This document shows, one piece after another, positions 28,020 to 38,201 of a stretch of 64,000 nt of DNA; the stretch's first letter is position 1, and every line of letters starts with the position of its first letter. The DNA lies in the NCBI GenBank assembly GCA_963674705.1, contig OY771506.1:1120001-1184000 (forward strand), in the 5' to 3' direction. Made by a program: the position numbers and the translations under genes. Below the pieces are notes generated by a model. The model saw nothing but the letters and a program-made list of their open reading frames with translations. It had not been told where the DNA came from and made no database searches. Source of the stretch: Phycisphaeraceae bacterium. Lineage in GTDB: Bacteria > Planctomycetota > Phycisphaerae > Phycisphaerales > Phycisphaeraceae.

Positions 28020-29927
28020 ATGGAAAATCGGGCACAAAGTCCTGCCAGGTTCAATCAGTTCCTGTTTCTCAGCTACATCGTCACCCTCATCAACACTTCC
28101 ACCTATCTGCGCTCGGTGCACTTAGATCGGCTGTCGACCACGCTGTTTGTGGTGGCGGTGTTCCTGATCTATTCACTGCTCTACTTGTCTCCCGCTATCC
28201 TCATGGTCTGGCTCATCGATCGTTTGCTGCAGTTGTCCTCGAAGTTGAGCTGGGGATCGACGTTCCGTCAGCGGTGGGGACAACGCCTCATGTTCACCGT
28301 CGCCGTACTGTTAACGACCACGATTCAAATCGCTATCTACGCGGACAAGACGATCTACACGATCTACGGCATGCACTTCAACGGGTTTATCTGGAACCTG
28401 ATCACAACGCCCGGCGGGATCGAATCGATGGGCGGCGAGGGCTCGGCTTTCCTGACATACGCCCTCATCATCGCCGGATTCCTGTTCGTGCAGTTGGCCC
28501 TGCTCGCGATCGTGTTCTGGGTCGCACCGTTTCAGCCCGCCTGGAAACGCGTGTTCATCAAGCCCACACGAGTTAGCATGATCCTGAGCCTGATCATCAT
28601 CGGCGCCTGCGAGCAAATCGCTTACGGGTTCGCCCATATGCAGGCCTACACCCCCGTGCTGGTGAACGCGCAGACCTTCCCCCTCTACATCCCTACCACC
28701 TTCGATAAAACCGCCGAGCGGATGGGCTTCGAAGTCGACAACGACCCCGCATTTGAAATGAAGCAGACTGAGCTCAATCTCCAATACCCGCTTAAACCCC
28801 TTGACGTCGATCCCCCCAAGCAACCCCTGAACATCGTCTGGCTCGTTTCCGAATCACTACGCGCCGACATGCTCAACCCGGAAGTCATGCCCGACACATG
28901 GAAGTTCAGCGAACAGGCCCGGCGATACACCCACCACTACAGCGGCAGTAACGGCACACGTATGGGTGTTTTCTCGATGTTCTATGGCCTGTACGGCAAC
29001 TACTGGTTTGCCTTCCTCAACGAACGACGCAGCGCCCTGGTCATGGACGTCTTGCAACAACAGAACTACCAACTCGACCTCTACACCAGCTCCGGATTCA
29101 ATTACCCCGAATTCGACCAGACCATCTTCAGCCGCGTGCCACGCGAACAGATGCACCAATACCAGAAGGGTCAGGGCTGGGAGCGTGACCGCATCAACGT
29201 CACCAACATCCTCTCGTTCATTGAGAACCGCGACAGATCCAGACCCTTCATGACCTTCATGTTCTTCGAGTCGCCGCACGCACGGTACTACTTCCCCGAT
29301 GAGAGCATCATCCGCGAGAACTACCTGCAGGACTTCAACTACGCGACGATGGACCTGGAAAACGACATCGGACTGATCAAGAACCGCTACATCAACTCCT
29401 GCCACCACCTCGACAGCCAGATCGGCCGGGTCATCGACTACCTCCGCGACAACGACCTGCTCAAGAACACCATCGTCATCATCACCGGCGACCACGGCGA
29501 AGAGTTCATGGAAAAAGGCCGGTGGGGCCACAACTCCCAGTTCACCGAAGAACAGACACGCACGCCCTTCGTCCTCTGGGTCCCCGGCACACCGCACGCC
29601 GTCGTCGACCAACTCACCAGCCACATGGATATCCCCGCCACCATCATGCCGCTGCTCGGCGTCAAAAACCCGCCCGAAGATTATTCGCTGGGTTATAACC
29701 TCCTGGGCGATGAGCAACGTGAATACACCGTCATCGCCGACTGGTCCAGGATCGCCTACGTCGGCAGCGAATACAAAGCCACCTTCCCCATCGACACCGA
29801 TCCGATCTATCAGAACCTCATCACCGACATGAATGATAAACCCATCGAAAATCCCGCCGAATTCTACGCAACCTGCAAACCCCGCCTGATCCAGATCCTC
29901 CAGGACCTCAATCGGTTCGGCTCATAA
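28020..29927 (+). CDS. YejM/PbgA-like inner-membrane sulfatase-family protein (DUF3413)
   Basis: 5 N-terminal TMs; NIVWLVSESLRAD, HYSGSNGTRMGVFSMFYG, ITGDHGEEF, TSHMD. Confidence 0.85.
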   Translation: MENRAQSPARFNQFLFLSYIVTLINTSTYLRSVHLDRLSTTLFVVAVFLIYSLLYLSPAILMVWLIDRLLQLSSKLSWGSTFRQRWGQRLMFTVAVLLTTTIQIAIYADKTIYTIYGMHFNGFIWNLITTPGGIESMGGEGSAFLTYALIIAGFLFVQLALLAIVFWVAPFQPAWKRVFIKPTRVSMILSLIIIGACEQIAYGFAHMQAYTPVLVNAQTFPLYIPTTFDKTAERMGFEVDNDPAFEMKQTELNLQYPLKPLDVDPPKQPLNIVWLVSESLRADMLNPEVMPDTWKFSEQARRYTHHYSGSNGTRMGVFSMFYGLYGNYWFAFLNERRSALVMDVLQQQNYQLDLYTSSGFNYPEFDQTIFSRVPREQMHQYQKGQGWERDRINVTNILSFIENRDRSRPFMTFMFFESPHARYYFPDESIIRENYLQDFNYATMDLENDIGLIKNRYINSCHHLDSQIGRVIDYLRDNDLLKNTIVIITGDHGEEFMEKGRWGHNSQFTEEQTRTPFVLWVPGTPHAVVDQLTSHMDIPATIMPLLGVKNPPEDYSLGYNLLGDEQREYTVIADWSRIAYVGSEYKATFPIDTDPIYQNLITDMNDKPIENPAEFYATCKPRLIQILQDLNRFGS

Positions 29928-29940
29928 AACAACGCCACAC

Positions 29941-30119
29941 CCCTCACCCCCGGAACAGGGCCGGGGTGAGGGCCGACACCCCTTACACTTCCCATCTAAC
30001 GCCCCCCCTCTTTAGCCGCGACCCGCCGGGTCGCGCGCCCAACCCACACTTACAAACAAATAAAATCAATCCCCAATCCCCAGATACCCGCCCCTTCGCT
30101 TCGCTCAGAACCGGCGTTG
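29941..30119. repeat. Composite intergenic repeat module, copy 2, containing (AATCCCC)x2
   Basis: Same ordered parts as 22924-23179. Confidence 0.88.
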
Positions 30120-30138
30120 CTGAAAAAGAAATAAAATT

Positions 30139-30187
30139 CCTACACCCTACACCCTACACCCTACACCCTACACCCTACACCCTACAC
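30139..30187. repeat. Heptamer tandem repeat (CCTACAC)x7
   Basis: Direct reading. Confidence 0.95.
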
Positions 30188-30358
30188 CCCCCGCTTCAAC
30201 CTATACCAATTAAACCGCTCCTATAACACTTTCCTCATCCAATTCTTCATTAACCACTTCTCATCCCTGCCCGCCATTTGCCATGCTTCCTTGTCACAGC
30301 CGCCGACCGACGGTCCGATAGTGTTGTGACGTTTTGTTAACCGATCAGGGAGATCCAG

Positions 30359-31087
30359 ATGGCTACACGCCTTGCATGCACGCTCGCCGCTGCCGCGCTG
30401 TTTAGCGCTGCCGGCTACGCTCACGCCCTCACGCTCGACTTCGACACCGATGCGCAGGGCAACCCCATCCTCGCCGGCCAGTTCATCGACGAGGAATACG
30501 CCGACTGGGGCGTGCACATCACCGCCAAGAACTACAACCGCTGCTTCGACGCCGCCATCGCCTTCGATTCGCTCCACCCCACCGGCGGCGACTACGACCT
30601 GCGCACCGACCGCTGGCGCTACGGCCAAAACAACGACGAAGAACGCGGCAACGTCCTCATCCTCGCTGAAAACATCCGCGACCGGAACCGCGACGGCTAC
30701 GTCGACAACCCCGACGACGAGGGCGGCCGACACGCCGGCTACTTCGACTTCCTCTTCGACCAGACCATCAGCTCCGGCAGCCTCATCATGCTCGACGTCG
30801 ACAACCGATGCGAACCCGGCAGCGTCCAGTTCTTCCTCGACGGCCATCTGCTGGACGAAAGCTACGACTTCATCGCGCTCGGCGACAACAGCGTCCAGAC
30901 CCTCGACTGGTCCGGCTTCACCTACGACAAGATGCGCGTGAACTTAGGCGGTAGCGGCGCAGTCGCCCAGGTCGACGCCAACGCCAACCCCGTCCCCGAA
31001 CCCGTCACCGCCATCTTAGTCGCCGGTGCAGTCACCAGCCTGACCCTAAGAACCACCCGCCGCCGCCGACCCGAAGCAAACGAATAA
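30359..31087 (+). CDS. PEP-CTERM sorting domain protein
   Basis: Signal peptide, TGGDYDL and GNVLILAEN..PDDEG motifs, VPEP + TM + RRRR; SD GGGAG. Confidence 0.88.
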   Translation: MATRLACTLAAAALFSAAGYAHALTLDFDTDAQGNPILAGQFIDEEYADWGVHITAKNYNRCFDAAIAFDSLHPTGGDYDLRTDRWRYGQNNDEERGNVLILAENIRDRNRDGYVDNPDDEGGRHAGYFDFLFDQTISSGSLIMLDVDNRCEPGSVQFFLDGHLLDESYDFIALGDNSVQTLDWSGFTYDKMRVNLGGSGAVAQVDANANPVPEPVTAILVAGAVTSLTLRTTRRRRPEANE

Positions 31088-31114
31088 CCAATCACCCCAA
31101 ACACAACGTACCCA

Positions 31115-31178
31115 TAGCCGCGAGCCGCCGGCTCGCGCGCCCAACACCCCCCCCTACTTAGCCCCGGGCTTGCCCGGG
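31115..31178. repeat. REP-like TAGC-palindromes
   Basis: TAGCCGCGAGCCGCCGGCTCGCGCGCCCAAC (cf. 22998, 30013) and TAGCCCCGGGCTTGCCCGGGG followed by a T-tract. Confidence 0.7.
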
Positions 31179-31246
31179 GTTGCTTTTTAATAACAACACA
31201 ACCCCTCCGGCCCCTTCTCCCCGCGCAACATGAAGGTGAATTCTTA

Positions 31247-31324
31247 ATCTGCGCCATCTGCGTAATCTGCGGATACTTCTTGTTTTTTCTTATCTGTGTT
31301 CATCCGTGTTTATCCGTGGCTAAA
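31247..31324. repeat. 9-nt-periodic repeat family E (ATCTGCG../GTGTTCATCCGTG..GCTAAA)
   Basis: Near-identical to 34989-35066. Confidence 0.85.
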
Positions 31325-31392
31325 CACAATCGGATACCGGATTCGATCACAGATTGAATTCGTTGTGAAGAAAGAGGGAGTAAGTCAACGCT

Positions 31393-32874
31393 TCACCCGC
31401 GCATCTTCCGGATAATATTCGTCGTGCTCCGTCCCTTCACCATCGGGACGCGGGCGATTTTGCCGCCGTAGGATTCGACGATCTCGTAGCCGACGACTTC
31501 GTTGTGGGCGTATTCGTCGCCTTTGACTAAAACGTCGGGCTTGAGCTTCCGCAATAGCGGCTTAGGTGTATCCGAATCGAAGATGACCAGGTAGTCCACG
31601 CTCTCCAGCGCGCTTAGCACAGACACGCGGTCGGCCTCGTGGTTGACGGGGCGGTCCTTGCCTTTGAGTTTGCGGATCGAGCGGTCGCTGTTGACGGCGA
31701 CGACCAATAGGTCGCCCTGCTCGGCGGCGGCGCGCAGGTAGCTGACGTGGCCGGCGTGCAGGATGTCGAAGCAGCCGTTGGTGAACGCGATCGTCTTGCC
31801 TTGCCTGCGATGCGCAGCCAACTCGGTTTGTAGCTGCTCCAATGTCCGCAGCTTGCTGTGCGGTTGATGGTTGCTTGCTAAGACATCGAGCAATACTTCA
31901 TCAAGATCGACGGGGATCGCGCCGAACTTCTCGACCTCGAGCCCCGCCGCGATATTGGCGAGCTCGGTGGATTCGGGCCAATCAATATCATTCGCAAGCG
32001 CCGCGGCGAGCATTGCAAGCACCATGTCGCCCGCGCCGGTGACGTCATACACCTCGCGCGCCCGCGTCGGCACGAAAAGGGGCTTATCCCCTTTTTTCAT
32101 CAGCAGCAATCCCTGCTTGTCCAGCGTCAACACCAGCGTGTCCAGCGACAAGCTGCGGATCATCTTGCGGCCAAGCTTTACCAGCGCATCGTGGCCGGTT
32201 TCATAAGCATCCGAACCGGTGGCAAGCGCCGCTTCGTATCGGTTCGGCGTGATGCACGTCGCGCCGCGATACTTGCTGTAATCCTCGATCGCGGCCGGGT
32301 CGACCAGCACCGGCACGCCCGCGCGCTTCGCGAGCTTGATCATTCCCTGACAAAGCGTTTCGTTTAAAACACCCTTGTTGTAGTCCTCGATGCAGAGGAT
32401 GTCCGTCTGCTTGAGCTTGCGCTCGACGAGCTTGAGCAGCTTGTCCGTGATCGATTTGGAAATCGGCGCCCGGCTTTCCTGATCGACGCGGAACATCTTC
32501 TGCGGATGCCGATGCTGCGCAAGCCCGATGAAGTTGTGCTTGACCGTGGTGGGCCGATCTTTGTCGGCGATCAATCCCTTGCCGTCGCAGCCCGCATCTT
32601 CCAAAGCGCCGCGCAGCTTGTCTGCCATATCTTCGTTGCCGACGACACCGATGCAGTTCACTTCGCAGCGCAGCGCACGCAAAGCCAGCGCGACGTTGGC
32701 CGCGCCGCCTGGTTTAAGTTCTTCACGTTCTGCTGCGAGGACCGGCACCGGCGCATCGGGGCTAAGCCGTTGTGCATAGCCATAGACGTAACGGTCGGCC
32801 ATGAAGTCGCCGACGACGGTGACACGCCTTTCGCGCCAGTTGTCCAGCAGCCGGATCAGATCGCCGCCGGGCAA
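31393..32874 (-). CDS. hldE: Bifunctional heptose 7-phosphate kinase / heptose 1-phosphate adenylyltransferase
   Basis: RLSPDAPVPV, GGAANVA, DVTGAGD (PfkB) + FTNGCFDILHAGH, STTNII. Confidence 0.95.
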   Translation of the reverse strand: MPGGDLIRLLDNWRERRVTVVGDFMADRYVYGYAQRLSPDAPVPVLAAEREELKPGGAANVALALRALRCEVNCIGVVGNEDMADKLRGALEDAGCDGKGLIADKDRPTTVKHNFIGLAQHRHPQKMFRVDQESRAPISKSITDKLLKLVERKLKQTDILCIEDYNKGVLNETLCQGMIKLAKRAGVPVLVDPAAIEDYSKYRGATCITPNRYEAALATGSDAYETGHDALVKLGRKMIRSLSLDTLVLTLDKQGLLLMKKGDKPLFVPTRAREVYDVTGAGDMVLAMLAAALANDIDWPESTELANIAAGLEVEKFGAIPVDLDEVLLDVLASNHQPHSKLRTLEQLQTELAAHRRQGKTIAFTNGCFDILHAGHVSYLRAAAEQGDLLVVAVNSDRSIRKLKGKDRPVNHEADRVSVLSALESVDYLVIFDSDTPKPLLRKLKPDVLVKGDEYAHNEVVGYEIVESYGGKIARVPMVKGRSTTNIIRKMRG

Positions 32875-32877
32875 GGT

Positions 32878-33027
32878 TTACTTCTCTTCGTTATGCGAAT
32901 GCTTGCTCGCGCGTTCGAAGAGCATGCCCGCGATGAAGCCCGCGACCGATGCCATGGCGAGGATAGCGACCATCATGCCGCTGCCGCCGTGGGCCAGTGT
33001 CCAAACCGTATCCATCATGCCGGCCAT
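32878..33027 (-). CDS. Small membrane protein (49 aa) upstream of hldE
   Basis: SD GAAAGGA; MAGMMDTVWTLAHGGSGMMVAILAMASVAGFIAGMLFERASKHSHNEEK*; stop 3 nt before the hldE start; below the track cutoff. Confidence 0.65.
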   Translation of the reverse strand: MAGMMDTVWTLAHGGSGMMVAILAMASVAGFIAGMLFERASKHSHNEEK

Positions 33028-33486
33028 ATCCGATCCTTTCAAAACTGAAAAGTTTTTAGCTTTCTTGGGTTACCTCAGAAGAGGCACAACTGCGACAGTG
33101 TACACAGAACCGCCCCGCCGGTCATCACTTTCATACTTTCTTGCTACCCGTCACATCCGCCCCAAGCCCGGTCGTGGCCCAACGGGCCTTGGCCGGGGTG
33201 TATCGAGTAGAGCAAGATTAATTAAATAAACATGCAAAATCAGCCACCCGGGCAACGATTGCCCCGAGTTATATCGAAATCTTGCCAATCCGCCCCTGGC
33301 GTTCTGCGAAAAGAGCTGTAAACCTCCCGGAAACATCCGGAAACGCCCAATTGTTACATCTTGTTACTTCACGCTTTATCACAATAATGCCCTCCAAAAC
33401 CAAGGGCAAAAACGGTAAACTCTTTATCGATTCCCCGGCCCCGGCTGTCGGCCCGGACCGGTTCACGCTCAACCCGGAGCCCGCGC

Positions 33487-34782
33487 ATGCCCACGATGAT
33501 CCGATCGACCTGTGCATTTTTCCTGATGGCGATGTTCGTCATGATTTCAGTCGGCGCGGGACCCGCCGCCACCGAGGCCGAAGCGCCCCAGAAACGGGAC
33601 AAAATAGTACCGTGCGATGCGCACATGCGCAGTGACAAGCGGGGTGTGTGCGCAAATAAACTGGTGGATAACGACTTCCGCGTTTTGTCGACCGGGGTGT
33701 CGTGGTGGTATAATTGGCACTTCACGTCCCACGATACCCCACCCGATGATGTCAGTTTTGATTACGTCCCGATGGTCTGGGGCGACGATCCCGATTCACT
33801 TGCCGGCCTCGAAGCGCACCTGAAGTCGCACCCCAAACCGCGCCGCATCATGATCCTTAACGAGCCGAACCTCAAGGACCAGGCGTTCATCCCGCCCAAG
33901 CGCACCGCCGAAGTCTACAAGCAAGCCAAAGCGATCGCGGACAAGTTCGATGTGCCGGTCGATGGGCCGCACATGGCGCTCGGTTCGGCAACCGAAGCAA
34001 GCATCACCGCGTACGACCCGATCGATAAGAAGGAAGTCACTTACACCTACATGGTGCCTTTCTTAAAAGCGTTTCTTTATTACGTCGGCGACACCGAAGT
34101 GCCGGGCATCGGTTACCACGCGTATGGCGACATGAATGAAATCCGTTGGTCGGTCGACGAAATGTATAAACAGTTCGGCAAGCCGTTGTGGGTCACCGAG
34201 TACGCGCGCTGGGATGCCAGGGACATGGACACCGCGATCACGCATCTCATGCAGGCAACCGACCTGTTTGAACGCACCGAACACGTGCACGGCTACGCCT
34301 ACTTCAAGGAACGCGCGGACAATCCATACATCTCGCTGCTCGAACAAGAGCCCGGCAAACTCAGCCCGCTCGGTGAAGTCTATGTCAACATGCCCGTGCA
34401 TGATAAGCATGTGTACTATCAAATCCCCGGGAAACTGCAGGCAGAACGTTACGTGACGATGAACAACGCGGAGATCTATCCGACGAAAGATGCGGACGGC
34501 TTCGCGGACATGACGACAACACAAGCGCGCGGCGAACTGTCTTACAACATCTATACCGAAAAAACCGGGATGTATGATCTGACGCTACGCATCAGTGGCG
34601 AGCCGGGCGAGATACAATTAGGCGTCAATAAACGTATCGCCGCGGCGGTTACACCGACGCAGAACGGTTGGCAGGATGTGAAAGCGCGCTTGCGACTCAA
34701 AGCGGGTAAGCAGACGCTGCTCGTGCGTTTTGCGTCGGAAGGTCAGACGCTGAACTGGATTGAGTTCGCGGAAGTTGAATAG
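33487..34782 (+). CDS. GH128-like glycoside hydrolase with C-terminal carbohydrate-binding module
   Basis: Signal peptide; KRGV, SWWYNW, YVPMVWG, NEPN, H.Y, KPLWVTEY; C-terminal QAE..LNWIEF CBM6/35-like. Confidence 0.85.
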   Translation: MPTMIRSTCAFFLMAMFVMISVGAGPAATEAEAPQKRDKIVPCDAHMRSDKRGVCANKLVDNDFRVLSTGVSWWYNWHFTSHDTPPDDVSFDYVPMVWGDDPDSLAGLEAHLKSHPKPRRIMILNEPNLKDQAFIPPKRTAEVYKQAKAIADKFDVPVDGPHMALGSATEASITAYDPIDKKEVTYTYMVPFLKAFLYYVGDTEVPGIGYHAYGDMNEIRWSVDEMYKQFGKPLWVTEYARWDARDMDTAITHLMQATDLFERTEHVHGYAYFKERADNPYISLLEQEPGKLSPLGEVYVNMPVHDKHVYYQIPGKLQAERYVTMNNAEIYPTKDADGFADMTTTQARGELSYNIYTEKTGMYDLTLRISGEPGEIQLGVNKRIAAAVTPTQNGWQDVKARLRLKAGKQTLLVRFASEGQTLNWIEFAEVE

Positions 34783-35066
34783 CCACAGATAAACACTCAA
34801 ATAACAGTGTATTTCAGGTATGAAGCACAACCAAACCCCCTCTCCCCTCGGGAGAGGGCCGGGGTGAGGGCCGGCGTTATTTTGGTTTTCGGTATTAGTG
34901 TGATCGCGTAATCAACCCGGCCCTTATCCTAACCTTCTCCCAGGGGGAGAAGGGACCAGGCCGAAGATTATCTATACGACCTTCTCTTATCTGCGTAATC
35001 GCCGTAATCTGCGGATACTTCTTCTGACTTCTTATCCGTGTTCATCCGTGTTTATCTGTGGCTAAA
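34780..35066. repeat. Nested MITE-like element: family E inverted ends enclosing a CCCTCTCCC..GGGAGAGGG inverted pair
   Basis: TAGCCACAGATAAACAC (34780) / GTGTTTATCTGTGGCTA (35048-35064); inner arms about 34836-34873 and 34918-34955. Confidence 0.8.
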
Positions 35067-35074
35067 AAATACTG

Positions 35075-36250
35075 TTATTTCAGGGCTTTTCTTAGTGTGG
35101 GTTCGACGCCGTCGGCCAGGCGCAGGAAGCCGAGGTCGGTGGCGTGGACGCCGTCGACGGTGGCTTCGCTGTCGTGGCCGTAGAGGTCATCGCAGGGAAC
35201 GTAGTAGAGTTCACGCACGCCGTCTTTGCGCAGTTGTTTGTAGGCTTCTTTCAATCGTGCGTTGCTTGATTGGTAAGACTCGCGCATGGATTGCACGAAC
35301 CAGGCGTTCTGATACGGAACGTTTTCAACGATGACGATCGGCGTATCGGGATGCGCTTCGCGCAGCTTGGTAACCAGAGGGATGGTCCGCTGCGTGATCA
35401 TGTCAGGGCTCATGTTCGGACCGCAGTCGATGACGTAGGCGGCGACGTCGAGTTTGGCGATCATGTCGACGATCTCGGGGTCCATTTGGCCGTTGCCTGA
35501 GAAGCCGAGGTTGATGGTCGGCCGGTTCATTCGTCTGCCGATGATGCTCGGGTAAGCCATGCCCGGCCGTGATGCGCAGCCGCCCTGCAGGATGGAGGTG
35601 CCCCAGAAGAGGATGGGTTTTTCATGCCCGGCATCATACGGAACAGGTTCAGCCAGGCGCGAATCTTTTGCGACACCGATCTGTAATTGTTTGATCCCGT
35701 TGTATAACGGCAGATACAAGCGGTATTCGTGCGTTCCTTCCGGGGCTTTTTTGATCAGCGTCCATTCGCTGTCATCCTGCTGCTTAGGCCGACCCGCGCC
35801 GACCCAGCGGTATTGCCCGGCCGCGTCTTTGGCGTACAGGTCGACGCCGCTGTCGCCGGTGCTTGGCATGTGGTGCATGGACAGGCCGCTGGAGTTAAGC
35901 GACCAGCGCGCTGCGATGACGGGCGAATCAGTAATGAAACTCACCGACAGGCCTGCCGAATCGTGCGACAGCCCCCAGACTTCACCACGCACGACACCTT
36001 CCGCATCCGCAGGAAGCCGATCGTATGGAAGTTTGACCTCTTTCCATCCCTGACCTTCGACGCCGATATCAAGTGCATCGAACCAGAGCAGGTCGCTGTC
36101 GGCGACGGCGACGGCTTTAGATGGGTCGATGGCTGGTGTGTCAATCGCTTGTTGAACGTGTTGCGTCTTGCAGGCGGTCGTCAGCAGCACCAACAGTAAC
36201 AAGCAGACGAGGCGTGCAAACGCGGGGATTGTGGTTGAGGTGTATTGCAA
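35075..36250 (-). CDS. SGNH/GDSL hydrolase (GxDLY family), lipoprotein
   Basis: LTTAC lipobox, GVDLY, GTSILQG, NLGFSGNG, DGVHATD. Confidence 0.88.
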   Translation of the reverse strand: MQYTSTTIPAFARLVCLLLLVLLTTACKTQHVQQAIDTPAIDPSKAVAVADSDLLWFDALDIGVEGQGWKEVKLPYDRLPADAEGVVRGEVWGLSHDSAGLSVSFITDSPVIAARWSLNSSGLSMHHMPSTGDSGVDLYAKDAAGQYRWVGAGRPKQQDDSEWTLIKKAPEGTHEYRLYLPLYNGIKQLQIGVAKDSRLAEPVPYDAGHEKPILFWGTSILQGGCASRPGMAYPSIIGRRMNRPTINLGFSGNGQMDPEIVDMIAKLDVAAYVIDCGPNMSPDMITQRTIPLVTKLREAHPDTPIVIVENVPYQNAWFVQSMRESYQSSNARLKEAYKQLRKDGVRELYYVPCDDLYGHDSEATVDGVHATDLGFLRLADGVEPTLRKALK

Positions 36251-36278
36251 AGTACGAAACTCCTTTCACATTGGAGTG

Positions 36279-36896
36279 TTAATCATACATGGCCGCGGTG
36301 TTGTTTGTTTTCACCGCTTCGTAGAGTTGCTTGAGTTGGTGTTCGAGGATGCGCGAGTGCGAGAGTTCAGGCAGGTCGTCGACCGAGAAGAAGCCTGATT
36401 CGGAGGACTCGTTGGTGGCGCGGGGCTGGCCGCCGATGATCTTGCAGTGGAAGAAGAGTTTGTAGACGTGGTAAGGCATCGGCGGTGTGTGGCCCTGCTT
36501 CTCGCGATCGAGTACCGCGAGCAGGTTGAGCGTTTCGACTTTGTATCCCGACTCTTCTTCGACCTCACGTATGATGGCTTGCGAGGGTGTGTCGTTCACA
36601 TCGGCCCATCCGCCGGGCAAAGTCCATCGGCCTTCATCGGCGTCTTCACGGATCAGAAGCACCTTGTCGTTCTGCACGATGAAGGCGCGCACGTCGACTT
36701 TCGGCGTGGCGTAGCCGTACTCGGCCTTGCGCCACTCGTAGATGTCCTGTTTTGTGAGGTTGGAAGATTCGGCTAACAGCTCCGCGGAGACTTCACGCAG
36801 ACGTTCATAACGTTCGCGATCGTATTGATCGTTGCAGTAGTGCAGGCCGGTCTGAGCGATGGCTTCGAGTTCGCGGGCGAGGGAGATTGGATCCAT
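36279..36896 (-). CDS. NUDIX hydrolase with Nudix_N domain
   Basis: IAQTGL..YDRERY, GYATPKVDVRA, PGGWAD..REVEEESG. Confidence 0.92.
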   Translation of the reverse strand: MDPISLARELEAIAQTGLHYCNDQYDRERYERLREVSAELLAESSNLTKQDIYEWRKAEYGYATPKVDVRAFIVQNDKVLLIREDADEGRWTLPGGWADVNDTPSQAIIREVEEESGYKVETLNLLAVLDREKQGHTPPMPYHVYKLFFHCKIIGGQPRATNESSESGFFSVDDLPELSHSRILEHQLKQLYEAVKTNNTAAMYD

Positions 36897-36926
36897 GGAT
36901 ACTGACTTTCTTTGCAGCGTTATTTA

Positions 36927-37110
36927 TTTAGTCACAGATGAACACGAATGAATACAGATAAGAGTTTAGAAGAAGCATCCGCAGATTGCGGTGATTGAGC
37001 AGAATAAAAAAGAATCATTTATGAAGTCTTTTAATTCGGGTCATTTGCGCAATCTGCGGACAAAACCTCTTATTCTTATCCGTGTTCATCCGTGTTCATC
37101 CGCGGCTAAA
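36927..37110. repeat. Family E inverted pair (MITE-like), overlapping the lpxK stop
   Basis: TTTAGTCACAGATGAACACG..ATCCGCAGATTGCG vs CGCAATCTGCGGA..CCGTGTTCATCCGCGGCTAAA. Confidence 0.82.
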
Positions 37111-38168
37111 ACCGCTTTTAATAAGTCGTCTATTGCATCGGCACCTTCCAGGAAGCTCAGGCCGAGGGTCGGGCGGAGGATGGGTGGATCGGTGTTTTCA
37201 TGTTGAAGCAATTCGGCCCACTTCACCCAGTCTTTTTCCGTGGTTACTACGGCATCGGCGTTATGTTGTTTGGCCTTTTTCAGGATGCGCTGGATGTCGT
37301 TCGTGGTGTAGGTGTGGTGGTCGTCGAAGGCATCGATGTGCAGGAGCTTGCCGGCGGCGGATTCGAGCATGCGTTTGAAAGCTTCGGGGTTGCCGATCGC
37401 GCAGGCGGCGGTGACTTGTTTGGCTTGCAGGTGGTCGGGCGGAAAAACGGGGTCTGACCCCGTTTCGGTAAAACCGGTCCATGTGGTGGCGGCGTGGGCC
37501 AGGGGTGGTTTATTGGTGAGGGTCTGGATTTGTTGATCGAGTTGCGAGAGCGCCTCGGCGGAAACCTGGTCGCATCTTGTGATGATGATGGCGTCGGCGC
37601 GTTTGAGGTTATGTTTGGATTCGCGCAATAGGCCTCTTGGCAACAGGTGATCGAAGCCGAAGGGTCTGGTAGCGTCGATCAGGACCAGGTTGAGGTCGCG
37701 GGCGACGCGGCGGTGTTGGAAGCCGTCATCTAACAGGAAGATGGTGGTTTCGGGATGGTCAGCGAGGACGCGGCGGGCACCTTCGACGCGATCGGGATTG
37801 GGCATGACGGGGACGGCGCTGCCGAGTGCGTTTTGGATTTCCTGGGCTTCATCACTGGTGGCCCCCTTCTCACCGGCCATGTAACCGCGCATGAGGACGG
37901 CGGGCTTGTGATTCAGGGCAATTAAGCGGCGGGCGAGTTCGATGACCATGGGGGTCTTGCCGGTGCCGCCGGTGGTGATGTTGCCGACGCTGATGACGGG
38001 GCGGTCGAGCTTGATGGTCTTCTTGATGCCGAGGTCGAAGAGCTTGTTGCGTGTGGCGGTGGCAAGGTGGTAGCCGGGCGTGAAGATAGCGAGTCCGAGG
38101 CGTGTGGCGGCGGCGGCGGGGTCTTTAGCGTGGCCGGACATGATGTCGTAGAGGCGTTGGTGGTTCAT
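37086..38168 (-). CDS. lpxK: Tetraacyldisaccharide 4'-kinase
   Basis: VISVGNITTGGTGKTP, RGY, LLDDGFQH, LLPRGLLRE, TTEKD. Confidence 0.95.
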   Translation of the reverse strand: MNHQRLYDIMSGHAKDPAAAATRLGLAIFTPGYHLATATRNKLFDLGIKKTIKLDRPVISVGNITTGGTGKTPMVIELARRLIALNHKPAVLMRGYMAGEKGATSDEAQEIQNALGSAVPVMPNPDRVEGARRVLADHPETTIFLLDDGFQHRRVARDLNLVLIDATRPFGFDHLLPRGLLRESKHNLKRADAIIITRCDQVSAEALSQLDQQIQTLTNKPPLAHAATTWTGFTETGSDPVFPPDHLQAKQVTAACAIGNPEAFKRMLESAAGKLLHIDAFDDHHTYTTNDIQRILKKAKQHNADAVVTTEKDWVKWAELLQHENTDPPILRPTLGLSFLEGADAIDDLLKAVLAADEHG

Positions 38169-38201
38169 GGGCCGGGTGCCATGATACGTAGGAGAAGGGA
38201 T

